Positions 28,548 to 38,328 of a stretch of DNA of 41,672 bases are shown piece after piece; position 1 is the stretch's first letter, and each line of letters opens with the position of its first letter. The stretch comes from a bacterium (GTDB lineage: Bacteria; Patescibacteriota; Minisyncoccia; Phycocordibacterales; Phycocordibacteraceae): contig JAJYQV010000001.1 of assembly GCA_021794425.1 (NCBI GenBank), positions 1 through 41,672 on the forward strand. The letters are read 5' to 3'. A program made the translations under genes and the position numbers. The notes under the pieces are model-generated. The model ran no database searches. It saw nothing but the letters and a program-made list of their open reading frames with translations, and was not told where the DNA came from.

Positions 28548-29090
28548 ATGCAAACCGTCATCGATAGCGCCTATACGCTTGACGAAGCGCTCGCCGGGAA
28601 AGATGTGCCGGAGGAGGTGCGCCGCTCGCTCGTGCTCGTCGAGGTTGCCTACGCCTCGTTCGACGGGCGCGTCCATGCCGGGCAGCTCGTGCTTCACGAA
28701 CGCGTCGCGGAAGAGGCTCGGGCGATTTTCGCCGATCTTTTCGCACGAGCGTTCCCAATAGAAAAGGTCGTACCGGTCGTCGCCTACGGGTGGGATGACG
28801 ATGCCTCCATGCGCGCGAACAACTCCTCCGCGTTCAACTACCGCTTCATCGCCGGCACCAATGAACTCTCGGACCACGCCTTCGGTCTCGCCATCGACAT
28901 AAACCCGATGCAAAACCCCTACACCAAGCGCGGCGGGCGCATCGTTCCCGACGGGGCGACATACCATCCGGCAGTCCCCGGCACGATTGCCGCGGAGGTC
29001 GCGGCGCTCTTTACCGAGCGCGGCTGGGAATGGGGTGGGGCATGGGATGGCGCACGCAAGGATTGGCAGCATTTCGCCAAGCGGCTGTAG
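28548..29090 (+). CDS. M15 family peptidase (peptidoglycan-acting)
   Basis: NNSSAFNYR, SDHAFGLAIDINP (SxHxxGxAxD), WGGAW, DWQHF. Confidence 0.9.
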   Translation: MQTVIDSAYTLDEALAGKDVPEEVRRSLVLVEVAYASFDGRVHAGQLVLHERVAEEARAIFADLFARAFPIEKVVPVVAYGWDDDASMRANNSSAFNYRFIAGTNELSDHAFGLAIDINPMQNPYTKRGGRIVPDGATYHPAVPGTIAAEVAALFTERGWEWGGAWDGARKDWQHFAKRL

Positions 29091-29167
29091 CCTGCCCTAG
29101 CAGTGCGAGAGCGCACGCTGCGTTTTTTCTCTACGGCTTCGCGTTTTTGTGGTATCGTATCCTTTAT

Positions 29168-30124
29168 ATGGCAGACAAACCCGTCCTACTCTCAGGCGTG
29201 AAGCCGACCGGCGACCTCCACATCGGCAACTATTTCGGCGCAATGCGCCAGCAGGTCGAGCTTTTCCGAGAAGGGAAGCACCGCTGCTTCATCATGGTAG
29301 CGGACTACCACGCGCTCAATACGGTCCAGGACGCGGGCGAGATGCGCCGGCGCACATACGATCTCGTCATGACCTACCTCGCCATCGGACTCGATCCGGA
29401 AGAGGTCGTGCTCTTCAAGCAGTCAGACGTACACACCCACACCGAGCTCGCCTGGATCTTCGACACCATCACCACCATGCCGTACCTCATGCGCGCGCAC
29501 GCGTTCAAGGATGCCGAAGCGAAGAATAAGGAAATCAGCGTCGGCACCTTCAACTACCCGATGCTCATGGCGGCCGACATCCTGCTCTACGACGCCGCGG
29601 TCGTGCCGGTCGGGGCGGACCAGAAGCAGCATATCGAGATCGCGCGCGACACGGCAGAAAAGTTCAATCGCGTCTTCAAAGAAGACATATTCATGCTCCC
29701 CGAGCCCTATATCATGCCGGACGTCGCCATTGTCCCTGGCACCGACGGCCAGAAGATGAGCAAAAGCTACGGCAACGTGATCCCGCTCTTCGCGTCGCGC
29801 GACGAGCTTCACAAACGCGTGATGAGCATCGTCACCGACTCCTCGGGCGAACGCCCCCAAAACGTGTACGCCATCCACAAGCTCGTCCGGAGCGAGCAGG
29901 AACTCGACGCGATCTATGCCGAGCACGCCGGCAACTATAAGACGCTTAAAGAAATCCTCGTCGAGGACCTCGACCGCTACCTTGCGCCCATGCGCGCTCG
30001 CTACGAAGAGCTCAGAAGCGAGCTCGGCATCGTGGAAGACATCCTCGCCAAGGGCGCCGAAGAAGCCCGTGCCGTCTCGGAGCGCAAGATGGAGCACGTG
30101 AAGCGCGCTATCGGCGTGGCCTAA
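29168..30124 (+). CDS. trpS: Tryptophanyl-tRNA synthetase
   Basis: SGVKPTGDLHIGNYFG, VPVGADQKQH, KMSKS. Confidence 0.97.
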   Translation: MADKPVLLSGVKPTGDLHIGNYFGAMRQQVELFREGKHRCFIMVADYHALNTVQDAGEMRRRTYDLVMTYLAIGLDPEEVVLFKQSDVHTHTELAWIFDTITTMPYLMRAHAFKDAEAKNKEISVGTFNYPMLMAADILLYDAAVVPVGADQKQHIEIARDTAEKFNRVFKEDIFMLPEPYIMPDVAIVPGTDGQKMSKSYGNVIPLFASRDELHKRVMSIVTDSSGERPQNVYAIHKLVRSEQELDAIYAEHAGNYKTLKEILVEDLDRYLAPMRARYEELRSELGIVEDILAKGAEEARAVSERKMEHVKRAIGVA

Positions 30125-30158
30125 CGCGCCCCGGAAAGCCTGGCTTTCCGGGGCGCGT
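30124..30158. repeat. 16-bp stem, CTG-loop palindrome or terminator after trpS
   Basis: acgcgccccggaaagc-ctg-gctttccggggcgcgt. Confidence 0.6.
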
Positions 30159-30247
30159 CCTTGACTTTTCTGCAGAGAGTTATAGTATTTTGTCAGACCC
30201 CCAGATTCACTTCTGGGGTTTTGAACAACAAACAAAAGGAGACAGCA

Positions 30248-31258
30248 ATGTCCAACGACCTGTATTTCGCCGACTCACTGGCGTTCTTGGGGCCCCAAGG
30301 CGAGCGGCCGATCTTCAACCCATGGAAACGGCCCTGGCTGCGGCTTGCTCATGTCACGAGCGTGCCGCCAACCAGGAAACCAATCGACATGTATGACTTC
30401 GACACGGCGTTTGCCGCGCACTGCACCTTCAGGAAAAACGCGCTGTCCAATGCGCTGGTGCACACGGTGCGCACGAGGAGCGATCTCGACAAAGCAGGCA
30501 TAGGCCTCCTCTTCGGGATGCAGCACGCGCCCGATGGCCTCACGCTTGAGCGCGTTCGCCAGCTGTCAGACGCCGGCGTCCGCGTCATGGGGCTTGCCTA
30601 TGATGAGGCGAGCGAGTACGGCAGCGGCTACAAAGTCGGCGGCGGGCTCACCGGACGCGGCCGAGAGCTTCTGCGATGGATGGCGGCGTGCAGCGTCATC
30701 CCCGACCTCTCGCATCTAAACGAAAGGACGGCGATCGAAACGCTCGAGTTCATCCGCGACGAGCGGCTCCCGCTGAAACCGATGGCTAGCCATAGCGGAT
30801 GCTACTGCGTCTATCCGCATGCGCGAAACTTGTCGGACAACGCGATCAGAAAAATAATCGCCTTAAAAGGGTATGTCGGCATCCCGACGATCACCTTCCT
30901 GATCGGGAAAGGAGAAGAGGGCGCCGACCATCTCGGAACTATGATGAAGCACTTTGCGTGGATAAATTATCTGCGCGGGAGCGAAAATCTCGGGGTCGGC
31001 TCGGACGGCGTCCATCAAGACATGACGATGGACGAAGCGAGGGTTCATTTCGACCGGATGACCGCCTTACTGAAGGGCCATCTGCCGGACGGACTTTCGT
31101 TCCCCGACCGCCCGCCGGAGCTCATCATGGGGGGTAGCCGGATGTTCGAGATCATCAAAGAAAGGATGGTCTGGGGAAAGTTCCCTCCGGGGTTGATTCG
31201 CAACCTGCTGGGGGAAAACTTCCGAGTCTTCCTTCATCGTTCTCTGCCGCGGGCCTAG
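30248..31258 (+). CDS. Membrane dipeptidase (M19)-like amidohydrolase, divergent
   Basis: GLTGRGRELL, PDLSHL, ASHS, RNLSD, GVGSD, LLGENF. AAGGAG SD. Confidence 0.8.
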   Translation: MSNDLYFADSLAFLGPQGERPIFNPWKRPWLRLAHVTSVPPTRKPIDMYDFDTAFAAHCTFRKNALSNALVHTVRTRSDLDKAGIGLLFGMQHAPDGLTLERVRQLSDAGVRVMGLAYDEASEYGSGYKVGGGLTGRGRELLRWMAACSVIPDLSHLNERTAIETLEFIRDERLPLKPMASHSGCYCVYPHARNLSDNAIRKIIALKGYVGIPTITFLIGKGEEGADHLGTMMKHFAWINYLRGSENLGVGSDGVHQDMTMDEARVHFDRMTALLKGHLPDGLSFPDRPPELIMGGSRMFEIIKERMVWGKFPPGLIRNLLGENFRVFLHRSLPRA

Positions 31259-31315
31259 GAGCCCCGCATCAATCACCCCGCAATAAAACGCGGGGTGTGT
31301 TATTTTATAAGCTAT

Positions 31316-32644
31316 ATGGAACGAATACTGATAGGGGAGCTCGGACAGCGCGTGGGAGAAACGGTCTTCATTTCCGGCTCGGTCGACGTGCGCCGAGATC
31401 AGGGGAAGATGGTCTTTTTCGATTTTCGCGATCGCACGGGCACGGTGCAAGGCGTCTGTCTTCCAGGTTCCGACGCGCTCGCGGTCGCCAAAGAGACCGG
31501 CAAAGAATTCGTCGTCCGGGCCGAAGGCATCGTGAACAAGCGCCCCGATAAGAACGTCATCGCGGACAAACAGAATGGCGACATCGAGCTTGAAATCACC
31601 ACTCTTGATGTGCTCGCCCGCGCCGAACCGCTGCCATTTGATACCGATGCCGACATCAATCTCGACACCCTCCTCGACTATCGCCCGTTCACCGTACGCC
31701 GTCCGCGGGAGCAGCTCGTCTTCAAGACGCAGGCCGAGATCGTCGCGGGTTTCCGCGAATACCTGGACAGCCAAGGCTTCACCGAGTTCCAGGCGCCCAA
31801 GCTCGTAGGCGACGACGCCGAGGGAGGTGCGGGCGTATTCAAGGTCGAGTACTTCAAGGACCGGAGCGCCTACCTCGCCACTTCGCCTCAGCTCTACAAG
31901 CAGATGATGGTCGGCGCGTTCGAGCGCGTGTATACTACCGGTCCGCAGTTCCGTGCCGAAAAGCACGCCACCACCCGCCATCTAAACGAGCTCACCATGC
32001 TCGATTTTGAGATGGGTTTTATCAAGGATCACGCCGACGTGATGGTCATGGTCGAGGGCGCGCTCAAGCACATCACGAAGCGCCTCGGCGAAAAACTTCC
32101 GGAGCAAGTTCCGCTCCCGCAAATCCCCGAGGCCTTCCCGGTAGTGAAGCTCCGCGAGGCGCAGGAGATCCTCGGCGTCTCCACCGACGAGCCCGACCTC
32201 GAGCCCGAGCACGAACGCGCGCTTTGCGAATGGGCGCTGAAAGAAAAGGGGAGCGACTTCATCTTCGTCACCCACTACCCGGTCTCCAAGCGCCCGTTCT
32301 ACACGCTGGAAGACGAGAGTGACCCAGGTATGACCAAGAGCTTCGACCTTCTCTTCCGCGGTGTCGAGATCCTCTCGGGCAGCCAGAGAGTCCACGATCA
32401 CGATACGCTCGTGGAGAAGATCCGCGGGAAAGGCCTCGACCCGGAGAAGTTCTCTTTCTACCTCATGGCCTTCAAGTACGGTCTCCCGCCGCACGGCGGC
32501 ATCGGCATGGGGCTTGAGCGCCTCACACAGAAGTTCCTTCGGCTCGAGAACGTGAAAGAAGCAACCCTTTTCCCGCGCGACATGAACCGCATCGACGTGC
32601 TCCTCTCGAGCTCCATCCCGGACGATGAACCCGACAACGACTAG
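31316..32644 (+). CDS. aspS: Aspartyl-tRNA synthetase, short archaeal or non-discriminating type
   Basis: OB-fold, YLATSPQLYKQMM, FRAEK, RHLNE, EILSGSQR, PPHGGIGMGLERL, FPRD. Confidence 0.9.
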   Translation: MERILIGELGQRVGETVFISGSVDVRRDQGKMVFFDFRDRTGTVQGVCLPGSDALAVAKETGKEFVVRAEGIVNKRPDKNVIADKQNGDIELEITTLDVLARAEPLPFDTDADINLDTLLDYRPFTVRRPREQLVFKTQAEIVAGFREYLDSQGFTEFQAPKLVGDDAEGGAGVFKVEYFKDRSAYLATSPQLYKQMMVGAFERVYTTGPQFRAEKHATTRHLNELTMLDFEMGFIKDHADVMVMVEGALKHITKRLGEKLPEQVPLPQIPEAFPVVKLREAQEILGVSTDEPDLEPEHERALCEWALKEKGSDFIFVTHYPVSKRPFYTLEDESDPGMTKSFDLLFRGVEILSGSQRVHDHDTLVEKIRGKGLDPEKFSFYLMAFKYGLPPHGGIGMGLERLTQKFLRLENVKEATLFPRDMNRIDVLLSSSIPDDEPDND

Positions 32645-33368
32645 CACGGGGTTTTCCATCCAGACCGAAGCCTACCGGGGCCCGTTCGAGCTCGTGCTCG
32701 ACCTCATCGCCGCGCGCAAGCTCCTGGTGAACGATCTCGCGCTCGCCGCGATTACCGAGGACTTTATCGCGCATGTGCGCGCGCAAGAAACCTTCCCCGT
32801 CGAAGAGACCGCGAACTTCATCGCAATCGCGGCAACCCTCCTCCTCATCAAGTCGAAGTCGCTCATCCCCGACCTCACGCTCACCGAGGAAGAGCAGGGA
32901 GACGTGGACGACCTGAAGCGTCGCCTCGAAGCCTACGAGAACGTGCGCGAAGCGGCGCGCGAGCTCGGAAGGATTTTCGGCAAGCAGCCGATGCTCCGCG
33001 CCGGCTGGCGCGCGCCCGAGCCGTTCTTCTCGCCCGCGCGCGACTTCACGCCGGAGGCGCTCGAGCAGGCGCTCGCGAAGCTCCTCGCCGCGCGCGAAGC
33101 GGTCGAAGAGCTCCCCGAAGCGCGCGTGAAGCCGCTCATCTCGATTGAAGAAGTCATGGACGATCTCGCGAAACGCGTGCGGAGCGCGGCCACTCTCTCG
33201 TTTAAGGCCTTTACCGGCGACAAGAAAGAAAAGGTCGAGATTGTCGTCTCCTTCCTCGCGCTCCTCGAGCTGGTCAAGCAGGGCGCCGTCGCCGCTGATC
33301 AGTACGAACCCCACGGCGACATCCGCATCCAGAACACCGCCACCAATGCAGTCCCGAGATACGGGTAA
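32625..33368 (+). CDS. scpA: Segregation and condensation protein A
   Basis: YRGPFELVLDLI, AATLLLIKSKSLIP, IVVSFLALLELVK. Confidence 0.93.
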   Translation: MNPTTTSTGFSIQTEAYRGPFELVLDLIAARKLLVNDLALAAITEDFIAHVRAQETFPVEETANFIAIAATLLLIKSKSLIPDLTLTEEEQGDVDDLKRRLEAYENVREAARELGRIFGKQPMLRAGWRAPEPFFSPARDFTPEALEQALAKLLAAREAVEELPEARVKPLISIEEVMDDLAKRVRSAATLSFKAFTGDKKEKVEIVVSFLALLELVKQGAVAADQYEPHGDIRIQNTATNAVPRYG

Positions 33369-33374
33369 CGAAGT

Positions 33375-33395
33375 TATAGGAATCTGATTCCTATA
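33375..33395. repeat. Palindrome variant between scpA and scpB
   Basis: tataggaat-ctg-attcctata. On the minus strand it differs from the alaS copy only by paired changes. Confidence 0.65.
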
Positions 33396-33481
33396 TAGCT
33401 CCGCTTCGCGCGGGGCTTCGATTTTTATACCCAAAATCAGGCGTTGCCCGAGGCCCTCGGCGCAGGTATGATAGTAGGGAT

Positions 33482-34042
33482 ATGATTTCTCCCGCTGCCG
33501 CCCTCGAAGCGCTCCTTTTCGTCTCCGGCGAGGCGATCCCGAAGAAGCGGCTCGCGAAGCTCCTCGGGCTTTCGGACGAGCAGCTCGCCACGACCGCCAA
33601 AGAGCTCGCCGAGGGGCTCGGCGGCCACGGCATGGCGCTCATCGAAACCGCAGAAGAGCTCGAGCTGCGCACCGCGCCGGACGCGGCGGCCGTCGTGAAG
33701 CGTCTGCGCGAAGACGAGCTCGCGCGCGACTTGGGGAAGGGGAGTCTCGAGACCCTCGCGGTTGTCGCCTACCAGGAGGGCGCGACGCGGAGCGAGATCG
33801 ACTGGGTGCGCGGCGTGAACTCCTCCGCATCCTTGCGTACCCTCCTCATGCGCGGCCTTATCGAGGGGCACGAAGACCCGAAAGACAAACGGCGCATGCG
33901 CTACACGCTCACCACCGAAGCGCTCGCGCACCTGGGTATTGCTCGCGCAGCAGAACTCCCTCGCGCCACGGAACTCAGTGCGGCGGCTCGCGCCGTCGTC
34001 GAAGCGGAGCTGCTCGCCGCAGACGCGCCAGCGACGACGTAA
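33482..34042 (+). CDS. scpB: Segregation and condensation protein B
   Basis: LEALLFVSGE, LETLAVVAY, TRSEIDWVRGVNS, LLMRGLI. Confidence 0.94.
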   Translation: MISPAAALEALLFVSGEAIPKKRLAKLLGLSDEQLATTAKELAEGLGGHGMALIETAEELELRTAPDAAAVVKRLREDELARDLGKGSLETLAVVAYQEGATRSEIDWVRGVNSSASLRTLLMRGLIEGHEDPKDKRRMRYTLTTEALAHLGIARAAELPRATELSAAARAVVEAELLAADAPATT

Positions 34043-34051
34043 ATCATTCGC

Positions 34052-35005
34052 ATGGACTCCCTCCAGCTCCAGAAACTTGCCCAACGCAGCCGCTCCACTC
34101 GAGAGGCAGGCGTTGCGCTCCTCTTCGCCTCGGGCATTCTCGCCCTCTTCCTTTTCATACCGAGTACGCCGCAGCCGATGCCAAACGACGCGGCACCAAT
34201 TGCGATAGCGACCTCGACCGCGCCAGGCGCGTTCGCTCAAGTTCCTATCGAGGCGAAAGCCGCCATCGTCTACGATCTCGCGACTGGAAAGACTCTGTAC
34301 GCGAAGAATGCCGATGCGCAGCTTCCGCTCGCTTCGCTCACAAAACTTCTCACCGTCTACGCCGCCATCACCGAACTCTCTCCCCAGACACCGATCACCA
34401 TACCGGCTGACGTGACGCACCTTTACGCTCCACACGCCTTCTCTGCCGGACAAGTGTTCTCGCTCGCCGACCTCGCACGGCTCACCCTTACCGCCTCGCT
34501 CAATGATGGTGCTGCCGCGATCGCGGAAGCGACGGCCGCACGAGAGAATCGCCCGCTCGACGAGACGCTCGCGAGCGCCGCAGCCGCGCTCGGCCTCTCC
34601 CAGACCTACGCGGTGAACGGCAACGGGCTCGACGTAAACACCGCCGTTTCAGGCGGGTACGGCTCGGCGCACGACCTCGCGCGGCTCGCCGGCGCGCTCG
34701 CCGAGCGCGCTCCAGAGATTACCGAGGCGACGACACACGCCACCGCGCGCGCCGTCTCGGAAGGAGGCACGACCTTTACGGTAAAGAACACGGACCCGAT
34801 GGTGTCCGCCATCCCGCAGCTTCTCCTCTCAAAGACGGGTTATACCGACCTCGCCGGCGGCAACCTCGCCCTCGTCTTTGACGTGGGCATTAATCACCCG
34901 ATCGCGGTCGTCGTGCTCGGCTCGACCGAGAAGGACCGCTTCACCGACGGCACGACGCTCGTCGCGGCGACGCTCGCGCATTTCGCGGGAGTCCCTTCGC
35001 TATGA
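34052..35005 (+). CDS. D-alanyl-D-alanine carboxypeptidase (S11)
   Basis: SLTK, SLN and KTG penicillin-binding motifs. Confidence 0.88.
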   Translation: MDSLQLQKLAQRSRSTREAGVALLFASGILALFLFIPSTPQPMPNDAAPIAIATSTAPGAFAQVPIEAKAAIVYDLATGKTLYAKNADAQLPLASLTKLLTVYAAITELSPQTPITIPADVTHLYAPHAFSAGQVFSLADLARLTLTASLNDGAAAIAEATAARENRPLDETLASAAAALGLSQTYAVNGNGLDVNTAVSGGYGSAHDLARLAGALAERAPEITEATTHATARAVSEGGTTFTVKNTDPMVSAIPQLLLSKTGYTDLAGGNLALVFDVGINHPIAVVVLGSTEKDRFTDGTTLVAATLAHFAGVPSL

Positions 35006-35009
35006 GGCC

Positions 35010-36077
35010 ATGATCAGTATTGCCTCACGCGTGCTCATCCCCTCGGCGACGACCTTTGCGCTCGGCATCGCACTCGCGCCGTTCCTTGCGAATATCTTGT
35101 ATCGTGCGAGAGCGTGGAAAAAGAAAGCGGGGAAGGGCACCGGCATCGGGGGCGGCGGCACGCCGATCTTCGACGAGCTTCACAAGGAGCGAGAGGTCTC
35201 GACTCCCCGTATGGGCGGCGTCCTTATCTGGGCTTCCGTTCTCGCGACCGCATTCTTTTTCTGGATTCTTGCGCGTTCGTTCGACGGCTTTTGGACACCC
35301 CTCGATTTTGTTAATCGCCGCGAAACATGGCTCCCGCTTCTCGCGCTTGCGGCAGGGGCGTTGGCAGGGTTCATCGACGACCTTCTTGAGATAACCAAGA
35401 GCAGCGGGGGGCTGTCGCTTGCCCGACGACTCTCTATCGTCGGCATGATAGGGCTTCTCGGCGGCTGGTGGTTTTATGCGAAGCTCGGCGTCGAGACGAT
35501 CAGCGTCCCTTTCGCCGCGCCGCTCATACTCGGGTGGCTCATCATTCCGGCCTTTGCGCTCGTGACGCTCGCGATCTATGCTGGCGGCACCATTGACGGG
35601 CTCGACGGGCTCGCGGGCGGCGTCTTCGCGATCATCTTCCTCGTGTACGCCGGCATCGCTTTCGGCGAGGGACAGGCCTCGCTCGCCGCGTTTGCCGCGT
35701 CGGTCGCTGGTGCGACGCTCGCCTTCCTCTGGTTTAACGTGCCGCCCGCGCGATTCTATATGTCAGAGACCGGCAGCATGGCACTCACGCTCGCGCTCGC
35801 AATGACAGCATTCGCCTCCGACGCGCTCGCCGGCGGTGTCGGGGTGTTTGTCCTCCCCCTCGTTGCCTTCCCGCTCACGGCCACCGTCGTGACGACGCTC
35901 CTCCAAGTGTTTTGGAAAAAAGTTTTCCACAAAAAACTATTTCGAGTCGCGCCCATCCATCACCACTTTGAAGCCCTCGGCTGGCCCGCGACAAAGGTCA
36001 CCATGCGCTACTGGATCATCACGATCATCGCCGGCGTGCTCGGGCTCGCTATCGCGCTCCTCGCCCGCCTGCCATGA
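35010..36077 (+). CDS. mraY: Phospho-MurNAc-pentapeptide transferase
   Basis: TPRMGG, GFIDD, DGLDGLAGG, FLWFNVPPA, APIHHHFE. Confidence 0.93.
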   Translation: MISIASRVLIPSATTFALGIALAPFLANILYRARAWKKKAGKGTGIGGGGTPIFDELHKEREVSTPRMGGVLIWASVLATAFFFWILARSFDGFWTPLDFVNRRETWLPLLALAAGALAGFIDDLLEITKSSGGLSLARRLSIVGMIGLLGGWWFYAKLGVETISVPFAAPLILGWLIIPAFALVTLAIYAGGTIDGLDGLAGGVFAIIFLVYAGIAFGEGQASLAAFAASVAGATLAFLWFNVPPARFYMSETGSMALTLALAMTAFASDALAGGVGVFVLPLVAFPLTATVVTTLLQVFWKKVFHKKLFRVAPIHHHFEALGWPATKVTMRYWIITIIAGVLGLAIALLARLP

Positions 36078-37171
36078 AGTTCGTTTCAGGAGATCGCGTG
36101 TTCTTAATGCTCGTAATCACGCTCGCCCTTGCCGGTATCGCGATCTTTTCCTCGGCGGCGCTCGGCTTGCTTGCGCGCGAAAGTAGCTCGGTATCGCGCG
36201 ACATCCTGCTCCAGACAGGCCTCGGTCTCGGCCTCGGTCTCGTCGCGTTTCTTCTGGCTCGCGCAGTTCCGTTCGCGCTCATAAAGCGCTACGCGCCCCA
36301 CTTTTTCATCGCAACGCTCATCCTTACCGCGCTCGTTTTCATACCGGGGATCGGCTTCCATTCTGGCGGCGCAACCCGTTGGATCAACCTCCGCGTCACG
36401 ACGTTTCAACCGGCAGAACTCCTCAAGATCGGATTCGTCTTCGCACTCGCATGGTGGCTCGCGCCGCGCGCACGGCAGCTCAGAAACCCGAAAAAAGGTC
36501 TGTTGCCGTTCGTCGCGGTCCTCGCGGTGCCCGCAGCGCTACTCCTGGCGCAGCCGAATACCTCTACGACGATGCTCCTCCTTGCCACCGGTGCCGTCAT
36601 GTACTTTGCCGCAGGTGCGCCGTGGCGCGACTTCGGCATCCTGGGACTCGGTGTCCTCCTCGTGCTTAGCGCCGTCATCCTCGCCCGGCCATACGTCCTG
36701 CAGCGCGTGAAGACGTTCGTCGATCCTTCGGCCCACTCGCTCAGCAGCGGCTACCAGATCCAACAGGCGCTCATCGCAGTTGGTTCGGGCGGACTCCTCG
36801 GGCGCGGCTTCGGGCAAAGCGTCGAGAAATTCAATTATCTGCCCGAGCCGGACGGCGACTCAGTCTTTGCTGTCTTTGCGGAAGAAACTGGATTTATCGG
36901 CACGCTCATCCTTCTCGTCCTGTTTGTCGCTCTTGCCGCGCGTGGCATCGTGATAGCGGGAAACTCTGCCGACCTTTTTGGCGGGCTCATGGCGCTCGGG
37001 TTCTCTTTCCTCATCATCTTACAGGCATTCATCAATATCGGCGCAATGCTCGGCATCATCCCGCTCACCGGCCTCCCACTGCCATTCATTTCCCACGGCG
37101 GGACCGCGCTTGCGACGACGCTCCTCATGTGCGGCCTCATCTTGAACGTTTCCGTTCATAAGAGAGCTTGA
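36074..37171 (+). CDS. ftsW: SEDS family peptidoglycan polymerase FtsW
   Basis: GATRWI, FQPAELLK, GYQIQQAL, YLPEPDGDSVF, PLTGLPLPFISHGG; lies between mraY and murG. Confidence 0.9.
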   Translation: MKFVSGDRVFLMLVITLALAGIAIFSSAALGLLARESSSVSRDILLQTGLGLGLGLVAFLLARAVPFALIKRYAPHFFIATLILTALVFIPGIGFHSGGATRWINLRVTTFQPAELLKIGFVFALAWWLAPRARQLRNPKKGLLPFVAVLAVPAALLLAQPNTSTTMLLLATGAVMYFAAGAPWRDFGILGLGVLLVLSAVILARPYVLQRVKTFVDPSAHSLSSGYQIQQALIAVGSGGLLGRGFGQSVEKFNYLPEPDGDSVFAVFAEETGFIGTLILLVLFVALAARGIVIAGNSADLFGGLMALGFSFLIILQAFINIGAMLGIIPLTGLPLPFISHGGTALATTLLMCGLILNVSVHKRA

Positions 37172-37188
37172 AATGTTATAGTGTGGCT

Positions 37189-38328
37189 ATGAAAATCGCA
37201 TTTACCGGCGGCGGCACGGGAGGGCACTTTTACCCCCTCATCGCCATCGCGGAAGCTTTGCAAGACCTCGTCCGAGAAGAGCATCTCATTGAGCCGGTCT
37301 TCTACTATCTCGCGCCGAACCCGTTCGACGAGAAGGCGCTTTTTGAAAATGGCATCGCCTATATCCGCATACCGGCAGGGAAGGTGCGGCGCTACGCTTC
37401 CTTCTCGAACGTCGTGGATTCGTTCAAGACTTTTTTCGGGACAGTCTCGGCAGTCATCGCGCTCTTCCGCATCTACCCCGATGTCGTCGTCTCCAAGGGC
37501 GGCTATGCGAGCGTGCCGACCGTGCTCGCCGCGCGGCTCCTACGCATCCCGCTCATCATCCATGAGTCAGACGCCAAGCCCGGACGCGCGAACCTGCTCG
37601 CGGCGAAGTTTGCCGACAAGATAGCCATTTCCTTTGAGAGCACGGCTGCCTTCTTCCCTAAGCGCGTACAAGACCGGATTGCGCGGACCGGTATTCCGAT
37701 CCGGAAAGCGCTCATGCGGACCGAAACTGAGGGGGCACGCCAGTATCTCAGCCTCGAGGTGGGCGTGCCGACTATTTTCATTCTCGGCGGCTCTCAAGGC
37801 GCCGAAAAGATAAATGAAGTCGTGCTCTCCTCGCTCTCTGAACTCGTCTCGTTCGCAAATGTCATTCACCAGACCGGCCCCGCGAAATTCAAGAACGTCG
37901 AAGGGGTCAGCAGAGTCGTGCTCACGGACAACCCGCACGCAGCCCGCTATCATCCGTTCAAATACCTCGACCAAGTATCGATGCAGCGCGCTGCAGGCGT
38001 CGCCGACATCGTCATCTCGCGCGCGGGCGCAAATGCAATCGCCGAGATCGGCCTCTGGAGAAAGCCGGCGATACTCATCCCCATCCCTGAATCGGTGAGC
38101 CATGACCAGCGCACGAACGCCTACACGTTCGCGCGGACCGGCGCGGCGGTCGTCCTTGAAGAAGAGAACCTTACCCCGCACTTGCTTGTCGCCGAGATAC
38201 AGCGCATCCTTGAGGACCCCGAGCTCGCCAAACGCATGAGCGCGGCGGCCGAAGGTTTCACTGACCCTGATGCGGCGCGTATCCTCGCCCGCGAAGTTCT
38301 CGCGCTCGCACTCCCGCACGAAGCATGA
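37189..38328 (+). CDS. murG: MurG glycosyltransferase
   Basis: GGGTGGHFYP, HESDAKPG, GGSQGA, SRAGA, HDQRTNA. Confidence 0.95.
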   Translation: MKIAFTGGGTGGHFYPLIAIAEALQDLVREEHLIEPVFYYLAPNPFDEKALFENGIAYIRIPAGKVRRYASFSNVVDSFKTFFGTVSAVIALFRIYPDVVVSKGGYASVPTVLAARLLRIPLIIHESDAKPGRANLLAAKFADKIAISFESTAAFFPKRVQDRIARTGIPIRKALMRTETEGARQYLSLEVGVPTIFILGGSQGAEKINEVVLSSLSELVSFANVIHQTGPAKFKNVEGVSRVVLTDNPHAARYHPFKYLDQVSMQRAAGVADIVISRAGANAIAEIGLWRKPAILIPIPESVSHDQRTNAYTFARTGAAVVLEEENLTPHLLVAEIQRILEDPELAKRMSAAAEGFTDPDAARILAREVLALALPHEA

